64,000 nt of DNA from Squalus acanthias (lineage: Eukaryota), in NCBI GenBank assembly GCA_030390025.1, contig CM059432.1:118112001-118176000 (forward strand), given 5' to 3'. Numbering within the stretch: the first letter of the stretch is position 1; each line of letters starts with the position of its first letter. Positions 37,115 through 48,657 of this stretch are shown here, one piece after another. The notes under the pieces were generated by a model. That model made no database searches, had not been told where the DNA came from, and saw only the letters and a program-made list of their open reading frames with translations. The translations under genes and the position numbers were made by a program.

Positions 37115-37503
37115 AGTAAATTGGATACAGAATCGTCAGAGCATATATAGATGGAAAAAAAAGCATGTGTACTTTACAATTGCAGACCAATAAATTAAAT
37201 CATCCTGACTATCTGCCGAGGTGTGATAAAGTTAATTAAGTCAGCCAGGAAGGTACCACATCAAAAGACATAGCAAGATACAACTGAGACAATGAGGTGA
37301 AGTCGCAGGGGTTCTAACGTGTCAAAAGCTGCCGTCTGTATGTAAAACGAAAAGCTTTAAAAAAAAAAAATTTACTTTTTTACTGGGAAAATTTTTTACT
37401 TTTTTACTGGGAATCACATCTGTGAACAAGCTAACGACGACTCGAGTCCGGATCACGTCATGTATCGTGACGTAAACCCAAGATCCCGATTGAGACCGTC
37501 TTC

Positions 37504-38304
37504 ATGAGTGCAGAGGAGGAACGCGATGGACACCTACGGACGCTGAAAAACGCCCTCGTAAGAACGGGATATGACGCTCGACTCATCGATCGACAGTTCC
37601 GACGGGCCACAGCGAAAAATCGCATAGACCTCCTCAGAAGGCAAACACGGGACACAACCAACAGGGTACCCTACGTCGTCCAGTACTTCCCCGGAGCGGA
37701 GAAACTACGACATGTTCTTCGCAGCCTTCAACATGTCATCGATGACGACAAACACCTCGCTAAGGCCATCCCCACGCCTCCACTACTTGCCTTCAAACAG
37801 CCGCCTAACCTCAGAAGTACCATTGTTCGCAGCAAATTACCCAGCTTTCAGGATAACAGCGACCACGACACCACACAACCCTGCCATGGCAAACTCTGCA
37901 AGACATGCCAGATCATCAACACAGATACCACCATCACACGTGAGGACACTACCCACCAGGTACATGGTACATACTCATGTGACTCGGCCAACGTTGTCTA
38001 CCTCATACGTTGCAGGAAAGAATGCACCGCGGCATGGTACATCGGCGAGACCATGCAGACACTGAGACAACGTATGAACGAGCACCGCGCAACAATCGCC
38101 AGGCAGGATTGTTACCTCCCAGTCGGGGAACACTTCAGCAGTCAAGGACATTCAGCCTCGGATCTGCGGGTAAGCGTTCTCCAAGGCAACCTTAGAAACA
38201 CACGACAACGCAAAATCATCGAGCAGAAACTGATAGCCAAGTTCTGCACTCATGAAGACGGTCTCAATCGGGATCTTGGGTTTATGTCACGATACATGAC
38301 GTGA
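37504..38304 (+). CDS. Penelope ORF C-terminal part: RT thumb/linker plus GIY-YIG endonuclease (266 aa open)
   Basis: LVRTGYD, VPYVVQYFP, FKQPPNLRSTIVRS, PCHGKLCKTC, YSCDSANVVYLIRCRKEC..WYIGET..LRQRMNEH, DGLN. Confidence 0.85.
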   Translation: MSAEEERDGHLRTLKNALVRTGYDARLIDRQFRRATAKNRIDLLRRQTRDTTNRVPYVVQYFPGAEKLRHVLRSLQHVIDDDKHLAKAIPTPPLLAFKQPPNLRSTIVRSKLPSFQDNSDHDTTQPCHGKLCKTCQIINTDTTITREDTTHQVHGTYSCDSANVVYLIRCRKECTAAWYIGETMQTLRQRMNEHRATIARQDCYLPVGEHFSSQGHSASDLRVSVLQGNLRNTRQRKIIEQKLIAKFCTHEDGLNRDLGFMSRYMT

Positions 38305-38642
38305 TCCGGACTCGAGTCGTCGTTAGCTTGTTCACAGATGTGATTCCCAGTAAAAAAGTAAAAAATTTTCCCAGTAAAAAAGTAAATTTTTTTTTTTTAA
38401 AGCTTTTCGTTTTACATACAGACGGCAGCTTTTGACACGTTAGAACCCCTGCGACTTCACCTCATTGTCTCAGTTGTATCTTGCTATGTCTTTTGATGTG
38501 GTACCTTCCTGGCTGACTTAATTAACTTTATCACACCTCGGCAGATAGTCAGGATGATTTAATTTATTGGTCTGCAATTGTAAAGTACACATGCTTTTTT
38601 TTCCATCTATATATGCTCTGACGATTCTGTATCCAATTTACT

Positions 38643-38680
38643 TCACCTGAGGAAGGAGCGATAGTTCCGAAAGCTTGTGA
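38643..38680 (+). ncRNA. Minimal type I hammerhead ribozyme motif in Penelope pLTR
   Basis: TCAC-CTGAGGA-a-GGAGC(gata)GTTCC-GAAA-GCTT-GTGA: stem I UCAC/GUGA, 5-bp stem II, palindromic AAGCTT; AATAAA follows at 38686. Confidence 0.8.
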
Positions 38681-40528
38681 TTTCAAATAAAACTGTTGGA
38701 CTATAACCTGGTGTTGTGCGACCTCTCAATTTTGTCCACCCCAGTCCAACACCGGCATCTCCGCTTCATAAATAGTGGCATAGAGTACAAAAGCAAGTAA
38801 GTTATGATGAACCTATATAAAACACTGGCTTGGCCTCAACTGGAGTATTGTGTCCAATTCTGGGCACCGCACTTTAGGAAGGATGTGAAGGCCTTAAACA
38901 GGGTGCAGAAAAGATTTACAAGAATGGTTCCAGGGATGAGGGACTTCAGTTACGTGGATAGACTGGAGAAGCTGGGGTTGCTCTCCTTAGAGCAGAGAAG
39001 GTTGAGAGGAGATTTGATAGAGGTGTTCAAAATCATGAGGGGCCTGGACAGAGTAGATAGAGAGAAACTGTTCTCATTAACGGAAGGGTCGAGAACCAGA
39101 GGACACAGAATTAAGGTGATTGGCAGAAGAACCAAAGGCGACATGAGGAAAAACTTTTTTAAGCAGCGAGTGGTTAGGATCTGGAATGCATTGCCTGAAA
39201 GGGTGGTGGAGGCAGATTCAATCACGGCTTTCAAAAGGGAATTGGATAAGTACCTTAAAGAAAAAAAATTTGCAGGACTACGGGGAAAGGGCGAGGGAGT
39301 GGGACTAGCTGAAGTGCTGTTGCAGAGAGCCAGCATGGGCTCGATGGGCTGAATGGCCTCCTTCTGTGCTGTAACCATTCTATGATTCTATGATTCTATG
39401 GTGGGGGGAGGAGACTAAGTGCCAGCTATAAATGAAGTGAAAGGAAACCCAATAGGAAAGCTTAAAGCCAATTCTATTGGGTTGAATGGTACAGTAACCA
39501 CTCTCCCATTCAAGGAATGGTTGAACTGGAACATTTAATCTGCTCACAGAGAACCTATACTACCTTAGGGTTTGTTGCAGAGGAGCATAAAAAATATTAT
39601 CAAATGGGCAATAGTGCAGCCATGACAGATTGATGCACCAGCTCTCATTGATCATATATTCCTTTCCTTAACGTTTCATAGTGTGTTAATATGGTTTAAT
39701 GAACTGTAAGATGCTTGAACTCTTATAAGATGCTCATTGATTCAGAGTGTTTGTTATATTAGGCAAAGCGGAACACAGTCATTTTCATTTTTGCTTTTTA
39801 TATTGAGGAGAATTGAGATCATGATAAACTTGTCCTGATAGTTTTGGCTGAATTTTTCTCTGGGGGGTTAGCATGGATCCAGGCTGCGGTAAGAACTTAC
39901 CGTCAATCACAGCACTATCCAATTTCTCTTTAAGACAGAGTCAGGTGCCTGGGAAAGGGATGTTGCTGAGGATAAAGATTCTGTTAACTTGTGAAACTAA
40001 AATATTGTGCAATTCTATTCGCTAATAAATCAGTTAAAACCAAGAAAAGATGAAGGATCAGAGTTAGAGGTATGCGGAAATTTGGGTCTAATTTAGGAAT
40101 AAATGTCGTACTGTATTGTGCTTCAGGTTAGGGATATAGAGACAGTAATATTAACAGAAACTTATACAACATTATTAAATATGGGGCTAAAGAAGCTTTT
40201 ATGTCTGGTTCTGGCTCCAGGTTTTAATGAGTTCAGATTTGTTTGATATAAAGAAAAGCAAAAATGTTCAGAATCAAATTTTGAATCAAAAATGTTCAGA
40301 TGTTTTATCACTCAGTCATCCTGCCTGAAACAACCTCAATGCATGGTTGATGAGAACATTATGTTACCGACAAGTAGTTAATGACTGTAATCAATTCCCC
40401 TTCACTTCAAAGGAAGAAGTTATTTAAAAAATTACACAGTCCTTCAATTCGCATTCACTTTCATATGAGTCCTCCAGGAAAGCTTCCTCTGAGCCTGGAC
40501 ACCAAGATTGAGAATGTCCTGGTTCAGC

Positions 40529-42645
40529 TGAAGGGATAATTACTAGTCCTAGCCCCTTTTGGGCTACCCCGGATCAGGCGTATTCCCCAGACGTTCACCT
40601 TCCACTAAAGTTAGAGGTAGCCGAATCCTAAAGACGCTTAATTGGGTCTAAAGGTCCAGACTATCTCTCCCTGAAGGAAAGGAACAGCCTGAAGATGTTA
40701 CCATCCTCCAGATAGCACTTTTAATTGGTTTAGCTAGACTGTAACCTTCTGGATATTATGAGGGTCCGGAAAACTCCCTCAGAATTCTGCAACTCCTCAC
40801 CAAAGAGTGTACAGAGATTGAGGGCTGGATTTTCATTGACCCGTGGAGGCGGGTTTGGAGGCATGTGGGGGGTTAAAGTTGCAGATTCAGGGGTCCCGAA
40901 CCCATCCCGCCCCCAACCCGCCTCCATGCCAGTTTTGCTGGAGGCGGGTACCCGACCTGTGCTGGGACCTGCCTCCCCGAGGCGGGAAGGGGATTAGTGG
41001 CAGTAAACTGCCTGTTAACAGTTAGTTAACAGGCAGTTTTTTGCCTAATCCCTGTTTTGATTCATGAAATGTGGGCTTCCCGATAGGTCCCAACCACGCC
41101 AAGTTAGCGAGGCGGACCGTGGGTCTGCAGGGGTTGGAGGGGTCGATATGTCTGGTGGGCAGGTGAGTGATGAGTGCATGTGTGCAGAGGTAAGTGTAAA
41201 GTGTGGGAAAAAGTTTTACTTACCTTAACTTCCTCCTGCAGGTGTCAGCCCTTCAGGTCTCGGGAGTCAGAAATCTCACCGGCACAGAAAGCACAATGGC
41301 CGTGGTGCTGTCAAAAGCTCCAGTCTCTGTTTTCTGTGCTGGAATGATTTCTAACTCAGCCTGAGAGGAAGGACTCAAGTTAGAAGACAGAGCTGTCAAA
41401 CGCTGATATTTCATCTGTCAAAAGCTCTTGACAGATGAAATGTCAATCTGTGACGTCACCTGTTGCCGGGTGGCCCTTAATTGACCTGCTGAGCTCGCTG
41501 GGCGGGCTCAACAAGGTCAATCAAGTGAAAATACAGTGGGTTGGCCACAAGTCGATGGAGGCGGGACTACAACCCAAAAAGTGGGAGTCCCACCTCCATC
41601 ACATCCCCAGTATCAAAATCCAGCCCTGAGTTCGCGAGTTTGATACTGAAGTACTATTTGAGACAATTCTAAAAATATATAGATTTATTAAAGAACCGAC
41701 ATGTAATTACAGTAGGTGATTCAATCGCAACATTAACAGTTCCAAAAAGAGTAAGCTTACAATTCTTATTATCAGAGATCCTTATTCTCAAATCTTAACT
41801 TCGTTACATTTTTACAGTTCTTAGTTTATTCCAGGATATCAACCAAAATCAAATACAAGTACCTTGATCCCCGAGATTCAAAGAGTTGAAGACAGAGCTT
41901 GACTCTGAAGCCTGAGAATCACTTTGCCCTTTTACAGCGAATCTATCTTCCCATTTGAAAGTCCAATCTTTATACCCTTTCTCAGTGGTATTTCCATTGA
42001 AGTTTTCTGCTGATGTAAGCTAATTATCTCTAGTCATTTTTCTGCTGACCCCTTCTATTCTTACAGTTAGTTCAGCTGGTAGCATTCAGACTCGTGTCTC
42101 TCTTTAGGTGTTTCAAGTTCAACACAAAAACAATGTGATGGGTGGTGCCTCCCCCGCTTGATGCCATTCTTACCAAGGTCTTCTGTTTGAAAGTTTGCAT
42201 TTAGAACACCTCGACCGGATGCACCATTGTCTTCTTAGTTACCTGAACTGGTTGCATTAAGAATTATGTCTCTACCCTAGTGTTCGAAGCTCATCATAAA
42301 AAACAGTGTAACAGCGGTGGTTCTATTTGATGTCATTTTTACAAAGGCATATGTTTCTTTAATTTTCTGTGTTTCTTTACGAAGTGTTGGTTTAAGACAC
42401 TTTAACTGGGTATACCATTATGTTCTTTCCAAGGCTTCAGACTTCCTGGAACCTTTAACCTTCTGTTTCATTAAGGCTATTGTCTCAGTGTCAACAACTT
42501 ATCTTATCTCAATAGCCTGTATGCTGTTTACAGCTTTAGATTGTTGAGGCTTCCAGATTTTCAAGCCCAGTATGTCATGTTTTAATAAAGTCAAAATTCT
42601 TTCATAGGATGGTGTATTTTTCTGAATATGGCGTATTCCTTCACA
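40529..42645 (-). mobile_element. Probable solo LTR (~1.3 kb after removing the nested MITE)
   Basis: TG..CA ends with short inverted repeat tgaagggata / tattccttca(ca), 4-bp TSD CAGC (40525-40528, 42646-42649); TATA-like (~41970) and AATAAA-like (~41685) motifs on minus. Confidence 0.7.
40822..41626. mobile_element. Harbinger-type MITE family 3
   Basis: Perfect TIRs gggctggatttt / aaaatccagccc, TGA TSD; homologous to 57648-58470. Confidence 0.9.
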
Positions 42646-42723
42646 CAGCCTCAGACAGTGGCCAGGGAGAGGGATGGAGTCGGTGGCTAGGGAACGGAGT
42701 TTGTGGCGGGGACTGAAGACAAT

Positions 42724-43464
42724 GGCCCAAAAATTAGTCCCGCGACGCGAGAGTACGCACTGTGTACTCTCGCGTATTCTGTCACCAATTGCCGGTTTTC
42801 TGCATGCACTGCGCATGCGCTGAAAACCGTCACTTGGTTTTTGGAAAAGGGGGCGGTTCCTCGGTGCACCGCGTGCGCGCTACAGGCTGCGCGCACGCTG
42901 TGCACTTAGTGCTTTGGACGCGCAGGTAAGGACGGAAGATTTTAGAAATGAAAAAAGGAGGAGTAAGACCCACTTTTAACAAGGTAAGTAGTGAATTAAG
43001 TATTATTTTGAATTTTTTTTAACAGGTATATCTTTTTTAGAGACTTTAAAGACAGGTAAGTTTATTTTTATAACTTTTTAAAAGATTTTAAATTTTTTCA
43101 AAATTTTAATTTTTTATTTAAAATGGTTAATTTATTTAACTATACTTATTTTATTAATGTGATGGTTTTTTTTAAATTTAATTGAGGTTTAGCTGTTATT
43201 TTGGGGGTGTGTAAGATTCATAGCTTTCACAGCACTTATGTGAAACTTATGAATGGAAGATGGTGTGCTGCCATTGGCTCTAACTGAGTCACGTGATCCA
43301 CAGCTCGCACAAATTCACTACGCCGGTGGGATACGCAAGCACTGCCCAGCTGATGTCTAGAACATCAAGTTCGTGCGAGCGGGATCTGAAAAAGCCAACG
43401 TGGAGTGAGAGATCGCGGGGAAGCCTTACCCCCGCGTCAACACTCAGTCTTTAATTTCTGGGCC
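42724..43464. mobile_element. Harbinger-type MITE family 1
   Basis: TIRs ggcccaaaaatt / aatttctgggcc, flanks aat/att; AT-rich core similar to 44700-44970. Confidence 0.8.
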
Positions 43465-44114
43465 ATTTGCCATATTTTGTGCTCATCCAGTACTGGATGT
43501 CAGACAAGCAACATAACAAATCAGAGGCAGTGAAGGGGTCGAGAGAGGTGGTGGTGAGGTAGAGCTGGGTGTCGTCAGCGTACATGCGAATATAGATGAA
43601 AAATAAGAGGGGGCCAATGATGGCGGACGCCAGAGGTAACGGTGTGGAGTAGCCATTGCAGGTGATTCTCTGGCTACGACTGGATAGATAGGAATGGAAC
43701 CAGGCGAGGGCATTCCCACCCAGCTATAAAGGAGATAAAAGTGCTAATAATGTTGATCAATGCATCAGTCACCTGTGGGCAACACATTAGTTGATACTGC
43801 AGATGCCTCTCTGATAGCCTGCAAGGAGGCAGAAGTAGAAAGGTTCAGGGTGGCGGTGGTCTTGACTGATGCTGGCAATGTTATCCCTATGTAGCAATTT
43901 GGCTGCTTGTGTCCTTGCAGCAAATGTCACTGCTTCGAAACTGGCTTTGTACTGACCTGGAGCCTGTGGAGGCAGTTGTCCTCAGTCATTTTCAGGTAAG
44001 CCTGTAGATCCAGTTGGTGGCACAATGGTAGGTGTGGGCGTATGGCTTTGGTACCTACTGACCTCCCTGGCTGACCTTCTTTCATCTCATACCACTTCAA
44101 TCATGAATATAATT

Positions 44115-45555
44115 GGCCGTAATTTGCGGCCCCTATGGGTGTGTACGAGGTGCATACGTGCCCTTAAGGGCCGTGCAAGTTGCGATTTTAGGCATGCGCT
44201 GCACATGCGTTAAAACCTGGAACTTGCGATCTGTCAAGAATCTTCTCGACAGATCCAGTGCATCCTCGGGAAAAGGGCCTCCGCGTGCGGAGAGTTGGCC
44301 TATTTGCCCAACTTCTGCCCAGCAAATGCCCGTGTAATTCTTACGCCCAGTAGAAGCAGGAGTAAGGCCTGCTTTTACCAGCGTAAGAGTTTTAAAAAAC
44401 AGAAAAATAAAATGTTATCAATAATTTATACACTTAAAAACCTGTGAAATAAGGTAAGTTTATTTTTAGCCCCTTTAAAACATGTTGGGCCAGAAATTTG
44501 GATCTCCACGGGTGAGTACGCGCTGTGTACTCACCCGTAGACCCAACGAAAGTGCCGGTTTCCTGCATGCACTGCGCATGCACTGGAACCGGAACTTCCG
44601 TTCCCCTGAAGGAAGGGGTTCAGAGGTCGAACGCGTGCGCCGGAGAGGCAGCGCGCATGCAGCGAACTTCTTTTTTTTCAGGTTTCTCCGTGAGGGGAAG
44701 TACGGAGAAGCAGCGCGGGGAAAAAGGAGGCGCAAGGCCTGCTTTTAACAAGTTAAGTGGTGAATTAAGTACAATTTAAAAATTTTTCAACAGGTTTATC
44801 TTTTTTACATACTTTAAAGAAAGGTAAGTTTATTTTTAGCACAGTTAAAAAGTGTAATTAATTTTTTTTTTAATTTAAATTTTTGTTAAGTAGTTAATTT
44901 ATGTAATTTATAGTTATTTTAAATATGTGATGTTTTTTTAAAATTTATTTGAAGTTTTAGTGAGGTATTGGGGCCGATCTCTATTCATAGATTTGACAGG
45001 TCTTCCTGTCAAAATCTATGAATGAAGATTCCCTGCTCCGATTGGCTCTCCATGGCCCACATGATCCCAGGGGACGCTTCGAACTAACTGCGCCCCTGGG
45101 ATACGCAAGCACTGTGGCCGCCAGATGCAGGAGGCCCAGGAGCCGAATTCCACGCGGGCACGAAGCACAATGGCAGGCGCGGTATGTAAGTACGCACGCG
45201 ATCCTTGCACCTGCGGGAAGCCAGAGAGGCAAATTTCTGGCCCGTTAATTTACTTTTCAAAAAATTTAATTTTTGTTTTAAATATTGAATTAAAAGCCAT
45301 TTTAAATTTAATTTTATTTTAACGATGGCTACGTGCATTCATACTTATGGGGTTTCTGTACATATGGAATCCACATAAGCATGATTGGGAATTCCCTTCT
45401 GTCATTCATTGGTTCGGCCTTTGGGATACGTGGGCCTCTGCCCGCGGGTACCCAGAGAGCCCCAGGACCGCGAGTCTCTCATGGATCCCGAGGCATTTTA
45501 TTTGCAGATCGGAGGCATTTCCCTGCAGGAAGCCTCCGACCGCACATTCAGGGCC
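44115..45555. mobile_element. Harbinger-type MITE family 1 (outer copy)
   Basis: Degenerate TIRs ggccgtaattt / attcagggcc, ATT TSD; 44130-44390 is homologous to the reverse complement of 5140-5385. Confidence 0.7.
44487..45243. mobile_element. Harbinger-type MITE family 1 (inner copy)
   Basis: Perfect 14-bp TIRs gggccagaaatttg / caaatttctggccc, GTT TSD. Confidence 0.92.
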
Positions 45556-45589
45556 ATTGTATTTAGGGTGCTTTAAAAACAGACTCATT

Positions 45590-47291
45590 GGGCAGAATTT
45601 TCTGGGGTGTCAGCGGGCGCGATCAGTGGTGGGTCGGGTGGGAACATTTTTTTTGACTGCGGGTCGGGATCCCACAGCAGCGGGGGAGGCAATTGAAATC
45701 ATTAGTGGCTTGTTTACAGCCACTTAACAATGGATTTTTTCCAGCTTTTTGATTTTGACAGGTTGCCCACTGGTTTCCCGCTGTGCCTAGACCTCGTCAG
45801 TGAAGCTGAGGCAGGAGGTCAGTGGCCATTGAAGCAGCTGATGAGTTGACAGCTTCAAATGTCAACTCAAAGTTCCCAGCTGAATCAGATATCTTCCCTT
45901 AGCCACTAGTTTCTCTGAACTGCATTTCCACTACAGATTCAGAATGCTGCAAGTCTTTACACAAGCCTCCATCCAGTCTGACCTCATTCCCTCGCCCAAC
46001 ATTGACAGATCACTTCTGAGATCTCTACTTTACCTGCCATCTATTCCATCAGCATCGGTGCCCTTGAAACTCTCTTACCTTGGTCCTCAGAATCCCACCA
46101 CGATCAGCCCCAACACCAGCAGCACCAGGCATACCAGCAGCACCAACAACAACACCAACTTTCTCTGCAATCACCTGATGCTACACAGGACAGAGGGCAT
46201 CAGCACCCGACCACATTGCTGCCCGGGAGGCCAGGGATGGCCTCACCATGGCCAGATTTACTTCACTTGACGCTGTACACCCTGGCTGCCACATGATGCA
46301 CAGGTAGGCACCACCCCACACCAACACCATAAAGCATCCCTACAATGCCCAAGCCATTTCTTTCACACTCATCACTATTGTGGGGGGTACCGTTATGTCT
46401 CATTATTCACTGCAGCTCACTAAGTCACTTCCAAAGGTGCACACAGATCTGTCCAAGAACACAAAGTGTTCAAAATAAAGGTTTCAATGTTTGAAACCAC
46501 ATTAATAGAAACTTTACATGAACATTGCATAAAACACCCAAGTGCCTACCCTTGTGTGTTGTTAGTTGCTATGATTAGACTAGGATGAGGGTGAGTGTGA
46601 GGGGTGGCTAGTGAGATGGGGAAGTGATAATATAGATAGAGAGAGATGGGTGGAGGTGCAAGGTAAGTTGGTGTGAGTAGGATGTGCAGGAGTAGAGTAA
46701 GGAAGGCAAAGTGATGGGGATGTGATGAGAGGCACAGCAGGATGAAGTTGAGTGTGGCTTTATACTAATGTTTCGTGATCTACTGAGATCATTGAAAGGT
46801 TTGAGCCACTGCACCCAGGTCCTCCTGACGACATCCCTGCTTGTGTCCTCCTGTGCAATGTGCAACCAGTCTGCGTTGGTCTCCTGGGGAGGTCTCTTCC
46901 GCCCATGGGAAGGGAAGAGGACCTCCCTGCGTGCTATGACTCCCTCCATAAGCATATGGAGGGAGTCATGGGAGAGCCTGGGTGCAGCCGTGCACCTTGG
47001 TGCCATCATTGTCAGTGTTTGCAGCACCTCAATGCTGTAGAACACTGACAGCACAACTGTCAAAATCAATTTACCCATGGTCCCTTTAAGGAGACCGGCT
47101 GATGACGCGTCATCAAATTACATCATCAGACCCACTTCCTGCAATTGGCCGGGAAACTTGTTGGGCGGGCTTAACAAGCCCAATCAGGGGAAAGTCATTC
47201 TACACAGAGCGGGGTGGAGCCAGCAGCGGGGTCGGGACCCACCACCGATGTCGCCCGCCACAGACCCGCCGAGGTTGGTAAAATCCAGCCC
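45590..47291. mobile_element. Non-autonomous Harbinger element with Myb exon remnant on the minus strand
   Basis: TIRs gggcagaatttt / aaaatccagccc, ATT TSD; APRLSHDSLHMLMEGVIARREVLFP..W..IAQE..RRTWVQWLKPFNDL at ~46770-47008. Confidence 0.85.
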
Positions 47292-48204
47292 ATTACTTTT
47301 AATTTGGCTTGCTGAAAGGACTCTGTAGCTTCACGTTAGAGATATTTTTAGTCGCTGAGCTGCAGTGAAAGTTTGAAATTGAAAAGCTCCTTTGTTAATG
47401 TCCTTGGTTTTTTTTAACGCTCTATTGTTCTGTTGAACTCTCGTAAATGGTTCAATTGCAGTTGGCTTTCAAGTAATTTTGCAGACAATATTCAGCCCAG
47501 ATTTTTTCTATGCTCTCTACCTATTCTGATGAAAGAAAAGACAAACCAAAAATATCACAGAAACAAAAATCAGACAAAAAAAGCAAAAAAAAAGCAACAA
47601 AAACCAGCACCACCAATCTATTGGAAAAATGAAACGAAAAAGAACATACAAAAAAGCCCCACCCCTTTAAGAGGTTGAGTGGAGCACTAAACAGATGGAA
47701 TAGCACAGTAGAGTTATTACCACATTTTAGAATAAAGCTCTGACACAGAAAATTAGGCTGTGTTAATTGGGTCAGGATCCGGTGAAACGGATCGTTGCCC
47801 AAATTACCCCAGCTCTCAAATGTACCTGTCATGTTGCAATGTCCAATCCCGCTGGTCAAAAAATCTACCCTTACGTTTCTGACTTAGGACTGGATCTCTT
47901 AATAACACACTGCATTATTTAGTTCTGGTAGTTACTTACAGCAATGGGATCATTTCACGAATATCATTTCTTGAAAAAAAAAATGTATTTTAAAGACTTA
48001 GAATGAAACTTTCAAAGTTAGAAAAGCTTGTCTTCTAGGTTGCAGACAGGAGGGTAATATCTGTTGGTTCTGAGGAAGTCATTCAATTTGCCATTCTATG
48101 CCAAATTATCCACCATAAAACTAAGACAGACAAGCCAATGTCAGCTACGGTAATTGGCAATTAACACTTTAATTACAACTTGATCAAATTTTGTTTGATA
48201 ATGG

Positions 48205-48270
48205 TCCTGTGAAGTGCCTTGGGGCATTTTACTACATTAAAGGCGCTATATAAAAGTCAAGTTGTTGTTT
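48205..48270 (+). mobile_element. SINE/L2-type 3' tail fragment
   Basis: gtgaagtgccttgggg..aaaggcgctatataaaagtcaagttgttgtt resembles the tail at 49595-49655. Confidence 0.55.
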
Positions 48271-48525
48271 TTGATCACCGTGTGGGCTGTTTTTACCCCT
48301 CTGCAGAGACAGTAACAACCATTGCAGATCCGTGGAGGAAAACCAAATTCCCCATATTGGCTGTACACGTGGTTGTGAAATAACTAACAGATGTATTTCT
48401 GGGCACAAAGACTAAAATACCAATATTCACAAGAGTTGATGTGTCAATTATTACCATAAAAATCATCAGTTCCCAAAGTAGCTCAAACACTTTGAGACTG
48501 TGAAAAAACATCTCAATGATGTACA

Positions 48526-48657
48526 GGGGTAAAATTCAACTTCGGCAGGGGCACAGAACGAACGATAGCAGATCGGCCGCCAGTTAGACACCCACCCCAA
48601 TTATCCTTTACAATGAAGGCAGTGGAAATCTGCCCCCACCAAAGTTGAATTCCTCCC
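48526..48657. mobile_element. Tiny MITE-like element
   Basis: Inverted ends ggggtaaaattcaactt / aagttgaattcctccc. Confidence 0.5.

Larger units (their letters stand above)
37032..38725. repeat. 483-bp inverted repeat (37032-37514 / 38243-38725)
   Basis: Arms are reverse complements; only one mismatch noticed by eye (cgtgacgtaaa vs cgtgacataaa). Confidence 0.97.
37032..38762 (+). mobile_element. Young 5'-truncated Penelope-like element with inverted pLTR
   Basis: GIY-YIG ORF, 483-bp inverted repeat, 37-nt 3' extension, TSD gcttcataaatagt(g) at 37018-37031/2 and 38763-38776/7. Confidence 0.95.
36325..39400 (+). mobile_element. CR1 LINE (RT to 3' tail), split by a Penelope element
   Basis: [20 protein letters not shown] (36245-36832), LEYCVQFWAPHFRKD (38804-39352), (attctatg)n tail. 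Confidence 0.92.
40495..43720 (-). mobile_element. L2-clade LINE fragment interrupted by an LTR and a MITE
   Basis: Reverse complement of gtagagctgggtgtcgtcagcgtacatg encodes MYADDTQLY (~43560-43587); flanks join across the LTR as ctggttcagc|ctcagacag. Confidence 0.7.
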
